From positions 10,230,001 through 10,294,000 of the forward strand of contig OZ024747.1 of the NCBI GenBank assembly GCA_964016885.1: 64,000 bases of DNA, in the 5' to 3' direction. Positions within the stretch are counted from its first letter, which is position 1; the number at the start of each line of letters is the position of its first letter. Below, in pieces: positions 25,301-38,489 of the stretch. Both the position numbers and the translations under genes were made by a program. The notes under the pieces were generated by a model, which was not told the origin of the DNA, did not search any database, and was given only the letters and a program-made list of their open reading frames with translations. The stretch comes from Eledone cirrhosa (taxonomy: Eukaryota).

Positions 25301-25894
25301 ATGTTTATAGTAGCCTGAATAAAGGTTCATTAAAGTTATTACACTTGTCATTTGAATGTAGCTTTTTTTAGTTCTTCTCATCCATTTTGACATTTCTGCT
25401 TTACTATATTACCCATGCCACATTGATAGATATAAAGTGTTTATTTCTGTAACATTTGATGGTTGTTGTCATGTAATTATTTCATTTGGGCCCTGTGTAT
25501 GTGTGATTATGTAAATGTATTCAACCTTACTACACTTTAAAACTTTTCTTAATCAGTTAGGTGGCTATCTCTGGTTTTATTTAAACAAAACTGTCCATTT
25601 TAAAGTGTTTGTATCTAAATTAAAACCTTCCATCATAATTGAAAAGTTATTTTTACTAATTCGTTCAAAATTGTTAATTACTTTCAAAATTAAATGAATG
25701 AGACAAATGTATTTCCGTAAAAAATGTTACAGAATGAATAACCAAATCACTTAGTTCTTTTTTATCTGACTCCCCTTTATAAAGATATTTTTTCTCTAAC
25801 AACTCCAGATCTAGCATCATCTTTTAATGAGAGGTTTCATTTTTTTTCTTTTTCTGCTGTAGTTTATATATGTATATATATATATATATATATG

Positions 25895-26162
25895 TTTCTA
25901 CTTTTGGCACAAGGCCAGCAAATTACCCAGTGTATTACTGGTACTTTATTTTATATGTGTATATATATATATATATATAATTGTTTCTACTTTTGGCACA
26001 AGGCCAGCAATTACTCAGTACATTACTGGTACTTTATTTTATCGACCCTGTAAGGATGAAAGGCAAAGTTAACTTCGGCGGAATTTGAACTCAGATCATA
26101 AAGAGACGTAACTCTATGCTTCAAAGCATGATCCGACTCTCTACCGATACTGCCAATCCACC
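25895..26162 (-). mobile_element. SINE family B with duplicated 3' end
   Basis: Reverse complement of 1855-2035. The 3' segment tttctacttttggcacaaggccagcaa...ctggtactttatttt occurs twice. Confidence 0.82.
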
Positions 26163-26874
26163 ATAATATATATAATGTAATATAAACAGGATATAAGGAA
26201 AAACTAGGCAACATTTGTTGGAGTTCTAAGAAACATATATTTATACAATAAAGTCCATAACATGTGTTTCAATACAGTTATGTAATTGCCTATAAAACCT
26301 GAATTATTGTGTAATGTTCTCCAAGTTTCCCAATTTTCTTCTTGTTTTAAGTTAGAATTATCTGGTGATTGATTGTTTTTTTTACACACACACACGCACA
26401 CATCTATAGATACCACTGTACAGATCTTTTAACCTACCACATCAAATTAACTCACTGCTGTTATTGTCTTCATTGCTTTCTTTATAAAAGGTGGAATATG
26501 GCTAGAATTTCTCATTTAGATCTTTTTCTTCTCTTGTAATATCTATTTTTATGGTTTTGCTGCAATTGTCTGAGATTCATTGCTAAGGCCATGAGTATTT
26601 TAGATTTATTTGTTATACCTTTTTTTCCATATCTAAATATAACTTATCAAAGAACACTTTACAAACCAACTTTCTCCCCTTTATATTTACCTGTTTTGAT
26701 AGTTCTATATATTTTTATATAAGTATCTTATATTCACATACCCACATGCTGTCTGTTTTGTATAATCACTCTTCAGTATTTAAATTATTAATATTACAAG
26801 AGCTTATTAGATTTCACCACCTCCCTCATCCTCCATGCATCTGCTTGTGTTAACTATATATTATTATTATTATT

Positions 26875-27242
26875 GTGAATTTGATATCTCAGTCATTGAT
26901 GTTATTTAACCAGAAAATTTACCATAATGAACATCAAGCTGCAACCTCAGATATTCAGGACATATCAGAAGGTCCTTGCTGTTCCCAGTAGTCGTGCCTT
27001 TTGAAGTGTTCCAAAAAAGGAGGCTGGGCTAAAAACTCTTCGAGTACCTAGTGCTCCTATGATGATTGGAACAACCTTGATCTCATGACAGTCCCAAATC
27101 CTTTTCAGTTCCCTCTTTAGATCCTGATACCGGTTAATTTTCTCCTCTTTTCCTTGCCCCCTTGTGTCAAAGGGGCAAGCTACATCTACAATCAAGCAAG
27201 ATCTTTTTTCCTTGTCAAAAACCACCAATGCAGGTCCGTTGT
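26875..27242 (-). mobile_element. R4/Dong-clade non-LTR retrotransposon 3' fragment (restriction-like endonuclease)
   Basis: Translates VVFDKEKRSCLIVDVACPFD...KEEKINRYQDLKRELKRIW...VVPIIIGALG...LLGTAR, the PD..D RLE motif with K..KY..L. (TAA)n on both flanks. Confidence 0.8.
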
Positions 27243-27585
27243 ATTATTATTATTATTACCTACCCACTGTTGAGTTAAATGAAGCTGATTTTACTATTAA
27301 ACAGCATCTGTTTTATGTCCTTTCTGGACACCTTCCCCAATAGCTACCCGTGTTAACTATTGCACCTGTATGTTGTAGAATTATGGTGTAGTTCTGTTAT
27401 ATCCCCAAATACAGTGTCGGATAGAACGTCAGTCATGTCCAACCTATCTAGTGGGTATATTATCTATTGTGTCCTTTTAAGACTGTTACAGGTAATTTAG
27501 AGGGAAGATTTGGCTGCCCTTTCTAGCAGGTTGAACTACTGCATAGAGGCTCATTTGTTGGCTTCATCTGAAGTAGATTGATTCT

Positions 27586-27995
27586 CATAGCTCCTATACT
27601 ATCACACCTTACTATAGCTCCTATACTATCACACCTTACTATAGCTCCTATGCTATCACACCTTACTATAGCTCCTATGCTATCACACCTTACTATAGCC
27701 CCTATGCTATCATACCTTACTATAGCTCCTATACTATCACACATTACTATAGCTCCTATACTATCATACCTTACTATAGCTCCTATACTATCATACCTTA
27801 CTATAGCTCCTATACTATCATACCTTACTATAGCTCCTATACTATCACACATTACTATAGCTCCTATACTATCACACCTTACTGTAGCTCCTATACTATC
27901 ACACCTTACTGTAGCCCCTATACTATCACACCTTACTGTAGCCCCTATACTATCACACCTGTCACCCTACTATAGCACCATTACTATCACCCTAC
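27586..27995. repeat. Minisatellite, 27-bp unit, ~15 copies
   Basis: Unit atagctcctatactatcacaccttact. It explains the repetitive ORFs 27523-27852 and 27578-28000. Confidence 0.93.
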
Positions 27996-28073
27996 TATGA
28001 CCCCACTCGTTGATGTCCCCTCCCCCTCTAAAGTCGTGAGAAGATTTTGTTGTTTCATTTTCATTAGTTACAG

Positions 28074-28234
28074 ATACGGCAAGACCTCCGAGTAAAAGAC
28101 GAAAACGGAAGTCGTCGGCTGGAAACAATTCGACGTCGGGAAACGTAAACTCCCGGGATGCAGTGCCACCATCAGGAAAACAGAAGAGATCACCGGGTCC
28201 GCAAGGATTTAACATTGCATCAACAGCACCGGGG
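28074..28234 (+). CDS. LDB: LDB exon (basic NLS)
   Basis: Boundaries ttacag|AT and GGG|gtaggt. Translates (D)TARPPSKRRKRKSSAGNNSTSGNVNSRDAVPPSGKQKRSPGPQGFNIASTAPG. KRRKRK is the LDB-family NLS, and the phases fit both neighbours. Confidence 0.92.
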
Positions 28235-28439
28235 GTAGGTAGTCAGAAATTTCCTTGAAATATTTTCACTCTCAGAACCTAGCTCAGCACTGCTTCAGTT
28301 GCTCAGCTAAAAACACCAAAAATTGACCAACTTATAATGAAACAAAAAAAGCTAAACATTATATTATCAACAAAAAAAAAAATATAAATTGTTCACTAAA
28401 CTTAAGAAAGCTTCTTCTACCTATCATCTGTCCATTGCT

Positions 28440-28595
28440 TGTAAAAAAATGGTTAATATTACTACCTGATGTTTAAAAAAATGGTTAATATTACTACCTG
28501 ATGTAAAAAATGGTTAATATTACTACCTGATGTTTAAAAAAATGGTTAATATTACTACCTGATGTTTAAAAAAATGGTTATTACTTACCTGATGC
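28440..28595. repeat. Minisatellite, ~31-33 bp unit, ~5 copies
   Basis: Unit gtttaaaaaaatggttaatattactacctgat. Confidence 0.88.
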
Positions 28596-29695
28596 AAACT
28601 TTTCTTAGTTTGAGATGGAATTTAACTCAACTGAAGACAAAAAAACACAAAGAAACCCCAAAAAGGGGTGAAGAAAAAAAAACAAAGAAAATCTACCAAT
28701 ATTTTTCATTCAATTGCTGCTGCTGCTATATAATCATCATCATTATCATCATCATCACATTTTATGTACAGTTTTATTTAATTTTTGTCAATTTTTTTAT
28801 TTTCATTTTAGTATTTCATAGAAGAAAAAGAAGAAAAAAAACAATAAACCTCAATTAATATTGTCTCTTATTTTTCACTTCAATTATTATTATTTTTATA
28901 AACCCTGTTGCAGAAATGGTTCTATTTTTATTTGGCAGAAGGAGACTTTTTATAAATGGTTCATCTAGAATAATTTCTGCTGACTTCTTTTTTTTTTTTA
29001 AACTTCATATCCTTCGGTAAAGAAAAAAGTAGGGGGAAAATACTTGTCTTTTATCATCCAAAGTTTTGTTTTAAAATACTTAAATAGGAAAGACTTCTGC
29101 TGTACCAAATATATCAGACATCCTAAACCCCAAATTGACAACTGATTCTTTCCAAAGTGTTGAATATTTTTCAACTACCAAACTAATTCCTGGCTTGAGC
29201 TGTTACACCCAGCTCTTCTCTCTGCCTATCTATCTTTCTATCTATCTGTCTATCACTCCATCTGTCTGTCTCTTTTTTTTTTTTTTCATTTTTTTTTTTT
29301 TCTTGGGAGAGAGCATTAGAGGGGAATGTGTAAGCAAGCTTCCATTTACAACCACACCATCCCTTTAAATTCAATGAGCCCCCCCTCCTCTGTCTGTGTG
29401 TGTGCGCACTTTTGTTTATATATGCGCACCATGTGTGATTGACTGTTCCCCACCCTCCCCACTCTCTCTCTCTCTCTCACCATATATACGTGTGTATGTA
29501 TACATAAAGTCTATATATATATGTATACACACATGCATGCATTGAAAGCTGCTGCTAGGTGTCACTGTTAGCTGACACTTTCTAGCTTGATGGCAGCAAT
29601 GCTGAGACAGAGCTGTGGCTGTGGTCACCCACTCTACCTTACCCCAAGCTACACCATTTCCGTTTGTCTAATGCTCTGTCTTGTTCTCTTTTCAG

Positions 29696-29923
29696 GATGT
29701 TATGGTTGTCGGTGAACCAACCCTGATGGGTGGGGAGTTTGGGGATGAAGATGAACGTCTCATCACTCGTTTAGAGAACACTCAATATGAACCAAATGGT
29801 ACAGAGGAAGAGCAAGAGTCCAAATTTCAGACTTCTCCAGCGCCATTGCAGCAGAGCCCATGGGCTCAGGATAAAAAGCCTCCTCCAAACCCTGCCAATC
29901 AAACAGAGGAGAAGACTGACTAA
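29696..29923 (+). CDS. LDB: LDB terminal coding exon, LIM-interaction domain (LID)
   Basis: Acceptor ttttcag|GAT. Translates DVMVVGEPTLMGGEFGDEDERLITRLENTQYE...EEKTD*, the canonical LID sequence. Confidence 0.97.
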   Translation, partial: DVMVVGEPTLMGGEFGDEDERLITRLENTQYEPNGTEEEQESKFQTSPAPLQQSPWAQDKKPPPNPANQTEEKTD

Positions 29924-30323
29924 CATCAGACACAACACACACACACACACACACAATAGACACAAACATACACATGAACAACAACAACATACATATACAC
30001 CAACAGACTCCAACATTATATATATATAATATATATACATAATATATATACATGATATAATACAAAAACTGATGTGCAGCGAATGTGACAATGAGTGTCA
30101 GATGGTTTGGCTGCTTGCTCCTCCTCCTCCTCCTACTTCTCATCCTCCTCCTCCTCCTCCGACATCATCATCATCGTCGTCGTCATTCACACATATACAT
30201 ACAAACACACAAGCACATACATACATACATACATATGTACGCATAACTCCATATTGTCATTGGCAACATGATATTTTCCTGGACAAATGTGAGTGTTGGT
30301 GCCTCAGTAACGGCAAATATGTT

Positions 30324-30364
<41 letters not shown>

Positions 30365-30814
30365 TTAACTACTACTACTACTTGTTATTACTTTTATCAC
30401 CACCAACACGACCACCACTACTACTACCACTACTACTCTTCCTGTCACTCACTTTGTATAAAGATGCTACTGCTCTGTTTCTCTCTTTTTCTGTTGATTT
30501 GAAGAGAAAGAAAAAAACAAATATGATAAATATATCCTGCAGTAAAAATATATATATATATAAAGAGAAAATAAGTATTTAAAAAAGAGAAAAACAAACA
30601 TAAAACAAAAAGAAATCAACTGCAACAACAACAAACAAGAAAACAACAACAAAATGTGATGGAAAAGAGAAAGAGGGAGAAGAGAAGAGACGGGTAATGG
30701 AGAGAGAAAGATTTTTAAACAAAAACCTGTTTGATAGTTCGGCTCTTGTAAATTATTATTATAATAATAATAGACATTTTTATATATGTGTGGCTGTGCG
30801 TATGTATATATATA

Positions 30815-30872
<58 letters not shown>

Positions 30873-31093
30873 TATGTATATTATTATATATTGTGTATAT
30901 ACACATACGCAAATAAACACTCATATATAAGCTAATGTCTATATATATATATTTATATATATATATATATATAAAGTTTATCAATTTTTACTTCATTCAT
31001 CTTCATCCCCCCCTCACACCCTAGTGGGTGCATGTGTGGCTCACTCTAACCTTGAAAAAAAGTAACCCCTACCACCACAATCTCCCCTGCTTT

Positions 31094-31131
<38 letters not shown>

Positions 31132-32151
31132 GTTTGTTTGTTTTTTGAACTTATATTCCACTTATATTGTCTATACTCTCTCCTCTTCTCTCCTCCCTTC
31201 TCTTTTCCTCTTCTCCCTTTTCTTTCTCTCTCTCTCTATCCCCACCTCCTCTGTCTCTTCGATCCTTGTCTGTCTCAGAAGGGGTTTGGTCAGTCCTTCT
31301 GTTCTTATAAACTTGATTCACCCTCTCTTGCTCTCTCTCTCTCCACACGTGTTCTTGCATGTAGACAAAGCACTTCCCATTCTTTTATTCTTTTCACTCA
31401 ACTATGGCCCTACTGGAGCCTTCCATGGCTTATTGTTGTTTATATCAATCCCCTCTATTTATTTGACTGATACTTATGAGGGGTGGGGGTTCCTACATGG
31501 TTTCTCACATGGTCTGCTAGAAAATCTCCCTTAATTATCCCTGCCACCTTTTAAAAGAGAAGGGAAGGGAGTGACATGTTGGATTGTTTCTAGAAAAGAA
31601 AGACAGGATGGTCACATCTGTAATGTCTATAATTATAGGACTATACAATCAACTATCTTCAGACTAAATAACTTATTTATTTTATCACCCTTGGACATGA
31701 AATACAATATCAACCTAACGTTATATCGGTCTTTCTCTCTTTCTCTCACACTTAATCATAGAATTCTTATTGAAAGTTTAAAAAATAGATCCAGTCTCCT
31801 TTTTCATTTCAATTTATTTTTAAAAAAGTCTGTTTTTCTCTTGTATGTAAATTTAGAATGATTAAATTGTGTATGTATGAATGTGTACGTGTGTGTGTGT
31901 GTTTGTATGAATGTGTACATGTGTGTGTGTGTATGAATGTGTATGTATGTATGTGTGTGTATCTTGTCTTCTCTAATTAATGAGATTAAAAACAGTCAAC
32001 TTGACAAGACTGGTACACCGGTTGTTGATAGGTATCATGTCGTTTGTTGTTATTGTTTACAAAGCTGACAAAAAAAAATAATCATGATTTTCTTTGTCCC
32101 AACATCCCAGCCAAATTGTATTAAGTTTTATACTTGCTATCTTCCTTGCTT

Positions 32152-32184
<33 letters not shown>

Positions 32185-32957
32185 CCCTCTCTATCTACCC
32201 CAAGTTGTTCTACAATAGGTATGAGTCATGTCCTGTATTTGTAAGAAAGATATATCTTGACAACTCAGGATTAGCCACACACTTTTCACTAAAGTTTAAT
32301 GTAGGTTACCTGGCCATAACAATCAGTTACCTGCAGCAACAATCAACAATCAGTTACCTGCAGCAAAAGTCATGGTTGTTGTTGATTGATAGTGACTTCA
32401 TGGTGATGAAATGTCTCACCAAATAAGAGAACATAATCCCACAAGTCAAGGCAGGGGTCAAAGTCTTATGCAATCGACTTTTATTTCACAAATGAAACTT
32501 TGTAACTCCGTTTATAAAATGTTATTTTGAAGGGTGGTGAATCAGCAGAACTGTTAGTGTCAGACAAATGTTTTGCAATATTTGTTCTGAATTCAAAACC
32601 TGTCTAGATCAACATTTCCTTTCATTTTTCTGGGGGTCAATAAATTAATGTACCAGTCAAATACTGGGGTTGATATAATCAACTTTCTTATCTCCACAAA
32701 TTACTGGCCTTGTCTAGGTTAGAAATAATTATTTTGTATTTATGGGCTGTAGATTAATTACAGTTAAGCTAAATGGTTAGACAATGTCATTGTATCACAA
32801 ATTATGACCAACCCTGTGTGTACGTAGATATATAAGACTATATACGTATATATAAAAACCCTCTCTTCCTCCATTCCCCACTCAACTAAAATATTCTTGT
32901 CAGCTTCATTCTCTCTTTTGCTCGCTCAAATATATATATATATATATCAGATTAGTA

Positions 32958-32990
<33 letters not shown>

Positions 32991-35201
32991 CACGCACACA
33001 AACTATCAATCAGATCCCTTAGAAGGGTTCTCATTTGCATATTCTCTCTCAAGACATTAATCAAAGTTTTACATAATTCTTCTTCTTCCCCTTCCCCAAC
33101 CATTTCTTGTTAACCATTTTATCTGTATTTACTGGTTTCCATTGTTTAAGCTGTTCCCCTCTCTCTCTCTCTCACACACACACCTCTCCTTCTATCTCTC
33201 CTCCCCTTCTCTGTTGAAGCATCTCTTCTCTTCAGCCATTCAACAATTTACATGTATTTTCAAACACGACAAACAAACAAAAATATTATTATTTATTTGT
33301 ATTTTGTAATATTAAGAGAAAACGAAAATGAAAAAGAGAGAGTGATCTCTTGCAAGTAATGTTGAAAGGAAGAAGAAAAATTTCAAATTATATAAATGTC
33401 TATATAAAAAAAAAAAGAAAAGAAAATGAAAAAAAAAACCTGGGCATTAATGATATTTTGTGTTCATTCCTCTTATTTATTTTATTTTATCTTGATTTTG
33501 TTGTTCAACTGAGAGATGTTCTAAAACTATTTAGGTAATGTCTTTTCCTACCCCCATTGCCTTAAATATCAACAGCAACAACAATAGTCACTGTTGTTTT
33601 AACCCTCCTTACTTCCTCTAACAATAGAGTTAGCTCAATCTGTTTGTACAGAACACAACCTGAATCTGATCTTTATGGTGATATTTATATCTTAAGTTCT
33701 ATAGTGTGTAAGATATTAATTATAGATTGTCTTTGTAGAACAACAGAAGTTATTTAAATACTGGCTAGGGCTCTGCTGTACTGATTGGTTATTGACCTCA
33801 GAAGATCTGATTGGAATTTGAACTCAGAACCTAACCAAATGCTGCCGAAATCTGTGTTAATGTGTCTGGTGTTCTACAAATTCTGTTATCCATGTGTAGA
33901 ATTACATATTTAGTGTCACTATATTACATATTAAACTATATGACTATGATTATTACTGGACATCTACACACATATATATAGAGAATGGTATACAACATAA
34001 AAATACTAAATATCTATATAAAGGATGATAGTATTGAAGAGATTAAACTATATTGTTGGCTCTGACGTAAATTTCAAACTCTAATTTAAGGAATAGTTTG
34101 TCTAGTTGTCAAAACAGCAAGAGCTCGGCCATCAGGCCCAAACTCTTTCAAATATATACATATATTTATATATATATAGTGTGTGTCATAAGTAACGGGG
34201 TAGTCCAACATTTATATTCCAAATGATATTTACTAAAATTCTGGTCATACATTACTAAATGATAAATACATTAATTATATTTTTAACTACTTTAGCTTAA
34301 AGTGTTTGAAAAGCTGACACTGTTTCTTATATTTTGAAGAACAAAATAATATACATGTTGACATTGATTTCTGAATAATAATTTAAGAATTGGCATAGGG
34401 AAGGGCATCCAGCCGTAGGAATCAAACCAGAAACAGTTCTGTGTGAGCAAGACACAGTCACCTGACACAACTTGCCTTAAATGGGACATCCCATGCTAGT
34501 GCAAAAGAAAATAGGTGTTAAATGGTGATGATGAATTCACTACCCTTGCTTTAAGCTGCTGAATTCTTCAGGACACCCCAAAGAAAAGAGGGAAGAGGTG
34601 TAAGATCAGGAGATTGAGGAGGATACTTGATAGGACCAATCCATCTGTGTGGGAATTATCAAGCCAGTTGTATACAACTGCTGTAATGAGGTGTACCACC
34701 TTGCTGGAACCACATTCCATGAGCATCTGGTCATTTCTTAAAATGCACAAAATGGCTGATCACACACAAATAAACAGATATTTAGGAAGTTATGTGAACC
34801 TTGCAATAAAAATGCATTGATTGCCCGGTTACTTATGACTCTACTTATATATATGAGGGCATGTGGTTTAGTATTTAAGATTTCGGGCTCATGACCTTGT
34901 GTTTGCTCCTGTGAGACATTGTATCCTTAAGCAAAACACTTCATTTCATGCTGCTTAAGTCCAATCTGCTGGCAAAATTGAATAGTACTTGTTATTCAAA
35001 AGGTCGGCCTTGACACACACTGTGCAGCTGAATCTCCCTGAGAACTACATTAAGGATACATATGTCTGTGGCATTTTAATTTCACCATCCTGTTTGTACA
35101 TCTGGAACACTTGTCAAAGCCAACACAGATCCAACTGGATATATAAAATATTCTTTATTCTAATTTCCTCCTAATATAAATTCTGTTCTAACCTTGCCTG
35201 A

Positions 35202-35375
35202 TTAACCCTCTAGCATTCTCTCACTTTCTGTTCAAAATGGCCATAACTAGCCACTCATATTGATGTTAAGGTATTGTTCTCAAAATAAACAATATCAATC
35301 TCATAGATTCAATATGTGAAATAGTCTTTCCTACAAAATCAATACTATAAATATAGAGTAATGCTAAAGGGTTAA
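35202..35375 (+). mobile_element. piggyBac-like MITE (internally deleted)
   Basis: TTAA|CCCTCTAGCA ... TGCTAAAGGG|TTAA. Confidence 0.78.
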
Positions 35376-37329
35376 ACCATAGCTATCTATTTGCCTCTCT
35401 TTAACAACAAAACAATGAATGTCTTTAATGCTGTAAATATATTCTTTATTTAAGTTGAATATTTTCTCCTTCTAAAAGATGCAATATATTATACATTAAT
35501 TTCTTGTGACCAAGCTACTAACTAGAACCTTAGTTGAAAATATAAGTTTTATGTTTCAGAAATAACAACTGAGTTCTGTTTGTGTACAAGTGGCCACCCC
35601 CATCCCCTTCTTAATGTGTCGGAATGGGAGTTTACTTTTTCTTCCTTCCAGATGGTGTATAAACATGACCAAACTCTTCGTTCAATGCCAGGAATGATGT
35701 TGCCTAGTTCATGAAATAAAGAAATATGTATATAATTATATATATCATTATATTAACCTTTCATCCTACCCACTTCCCCTGCCCTACTTATGGAACAGCC
35801 AGATATATCGGTTGTTTCAAGTCTTCAAGTCTTCTACTTCCATGAAGCAGAAACAACACTGGGGATGAGGTTTACTTTGATTTTTTTTTTTTTTTTTTTT
35901 TATTAAGAGCTGGGTTGGGGACAAAAGAAAATAGTCATGGAGTTTAGAAGTTCTTGCCAACATCATTTAAATCAACAGTATAAATATATATATGTACATG
36001 TGTATATACATATATTTATTACTTGGAAATATACCCATTCTATTGAAGAAATTCCTGACAATTGTTCCATCTCTTTTTCATCCCAGTTGTGAGAAGGGAT
36101 GATGACCAAAGAACCTTCTGTGTGACTGACTCACAAGTTGGTCATGTCATACAATGCCGATCAATCCTGCCCCCACTTCCCAACCACCATTCTTGGTGAC
36201 TTTTGCCACAACCAACCAATCTTAAGTAGTCCACATTTGTTTATTGTCAAAAATCACGTCTCTGGTCTTTTTTTTTTTTCCTTCCTTCTCATCAATAAAG
36301 ATTGTGGTTGAACATTCTTGGGATTGTCTTGATTAATTCCACCTTACTTTCAGGTATGATATTCTCAGTTAAGGCAATACCAAACAGCCTGTGTGTTCTA
36401 CATTGATTCACTATTTTTAACAGCTGTGAGGAGTCGTCACTAGAGATGACATTTTGTACATTGAAAACACTGGCTCCAACATGACTCTTCACTGAATATC
36501 ATCAGTGCTAGCGAGGGTTGGACAGGTCTTCAGATTCACTATTCATCTCTCCTATATCTAGGTTGTCATGTCTGAAGAGTCCTTCTGATCCTCTCTTTGG
36601 CATGGTCTCTACAGCAGAACCCACTTCCTATTGCCTTACAGTGTACATAGGACCAGCACTGTATATGTTTCAATATTATGAAGATTTTAGTGTGTTTAGT
36701 AAAGTACATGTGACTGTCAGAGCGGTTTATGTTCTGTCACATAGTTATGTTCCAGTTTATACCTTGCAATCCACTTGGAGGTTATTAGACAAACAGCAAA
36801 TCAATAATACAACTGGCAGCAGTTGTTTGGTCAACTTCCAACATGACACTGAGAGAAGGCTGGACAAGATAATATGTTAGTATAAACATTAACTTCTATA
36901 TAAGGTAATATTATAATAGAGCTTATGTTACAGGAACCTCTTGGGGTATGAAAGCCATAATTACTTTCTGCTATATTGCTGCCTGTACAGTGAGTCATGT
37001 ATGTTGACTAAAGTCCCTCTAAAGCTTGGGGCCTCATCAGGCCAGTGCTTATCCTGGTTTCATGGCATGAAGAGAGAGTACAAGGCCTAGACAGGACGCC
37101 AGTCTATCACGGGGTTAAACCCCCAGCTATTGCTGGTACTCGTTTACTGGAGCAATGAGATACGAAATGTTTTGTCCGGGAATTGAACCCATGACATTAT
37201 GATCCAACAGTTTCTACAAGATCTATGGCTGTAGCAAGGTGGTGAGACCTGGACCTACAGATGAGGCAAGCAAGCTCTGATGGATATGTAATGTTAGTGT
37301 GTTGGATGAAAGTAGCAAATACTACATCA

Positions 37330-38102
37330 TGACTGATAATGGCTCCTAGCCTATTGGAAGTAAGGTGTGCTGGAGCATTGTTCTGATGAAACAAGACCCC
37401 TTTCATCAGTTTTCCTGGGTGTTTTGTCTTGATTGCCTCAGCAGTTGGTGTGGCTGTCTTGACGATATGCCCTCACCTTCCCTGCAGATGAATCGACCTT
37501 GGTTTCATTTGGAGCAGGTGAGGAAGAGTGTTTTCACTGCATGGATTGTCTCTGGTTCAAAGTGATGAACCCAACACTTCTTGGTTAGGAAACCAGTTGG
37601 ATTTGCATCAATGTCAGATTTTCCCCGTGATGTGACCAGCATGGGGCGCTTTTGATCGGGTTCATGCCAAGAATATTCTCAGCTCACTTGGGATATGCTA
37701 ATAACATTGGCTATTTGATTACTAGTCAATTGCCTGTCATTCATCAGCATGTGGTGAATGCAATGATTTCCTAAGTGGAGGACGTCCAGACCGTGGGTCA
37801 TTTTCAAGACGCTCTCTTCCCATCTTAAATTCAGCCGTCCACTTTTGCACTGCTGATAAAGCTGGAGTATCGTCGCCTAATGTAGCAACAAAGTCGGGAT
37901 GAATGTCCCTGAGGGCTAAACCCTTTTTCTGCAAGTAATTGATAACACCACGGATGTCAATTTTCAAGAGAAATCACTAAGTTACTTTGAAGTCAGATGT
38001 CAGTTTACCTGGAAAGAAACAATGTAGTTATTAATAAGAAGAGTTAAAATTAGTGTGTACAAGATTTCACCTCTTCATATGAACTTTTCAGCTCACCCTC
38101 AT
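37330..38102 (-). mobile_element. Defective mariner (Mos1-like) transposon
   Basis: Translates KIDIRGVINYLQKKG...TLGDDTPALSAVQKWTAEFKMGRERLENDPRSGRP (mariner HTH) and KGVLFHQNNAPAH (DDD-domain motif). Frameshifted. TIR-like end tatgagggtgagctgaaaagt. Confidence 0.88.
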
Positions 38103-38296
38103 AATATACATGCTGGGCTGAATATATACTCAAAACGGTTTTATTCAGATTTTACTGGTAACTAGAGAAAAAGTTGTATCCCAACAACTTGTTTATCTTC
38201 AAAACATAATATAACAATTATAAGATGACTGATATTTTATTTAATCATGGCTGTTGTGAAAAGAAAAACTTACACAAGTTTTGATTTTAATACAAG

Positions 38297-38302
38297 TTTA
38301 TT
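38297..38302 (-). promoter_or_regulatory. Candidate AATAAA polyadenylation signal of the SR gene
   Basis: AATAAA on the minus strand ~100 nt after the stop codon. Further copies occur near 38237 and 38140. Confidence 0.45.
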
Positions 38303-38398
38303 TCAATGAAATATGGAGGGGGGATTGTGTAATTTACAGCATGAGACAGTCTAGAAGAAATACATGAGCCTATGAAAAAAATATATATATATAATACA

Positions 38399-38489
38399 CT
38401 AGTCTTGAGGGCTATCTGTCTTCTGCTCATCTTGTCCAGAACCATCTTTACCACCTGACTGAGATGAGGATCTGCTGTATGACCGAGAC
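38399..38489 (-). CDS. SRSF10: SRSF10-like terminal coding exon
   Basis: Acceptor ttttgtcag|G. Translates SRSYSRSSSQSGGKDGSGQDEQKTDSPQD* (TAG). Total CDS is 684 nt. Confidence 0.85.

Noticed and set aside
27523-28000. Repetitive ORFs (CDSIGAIVR / TIAPILSHL repeats)
   Set aside because: Translation of a 27-bp intronic minisatellite whose unit happens to lack stops; no splice or start context.
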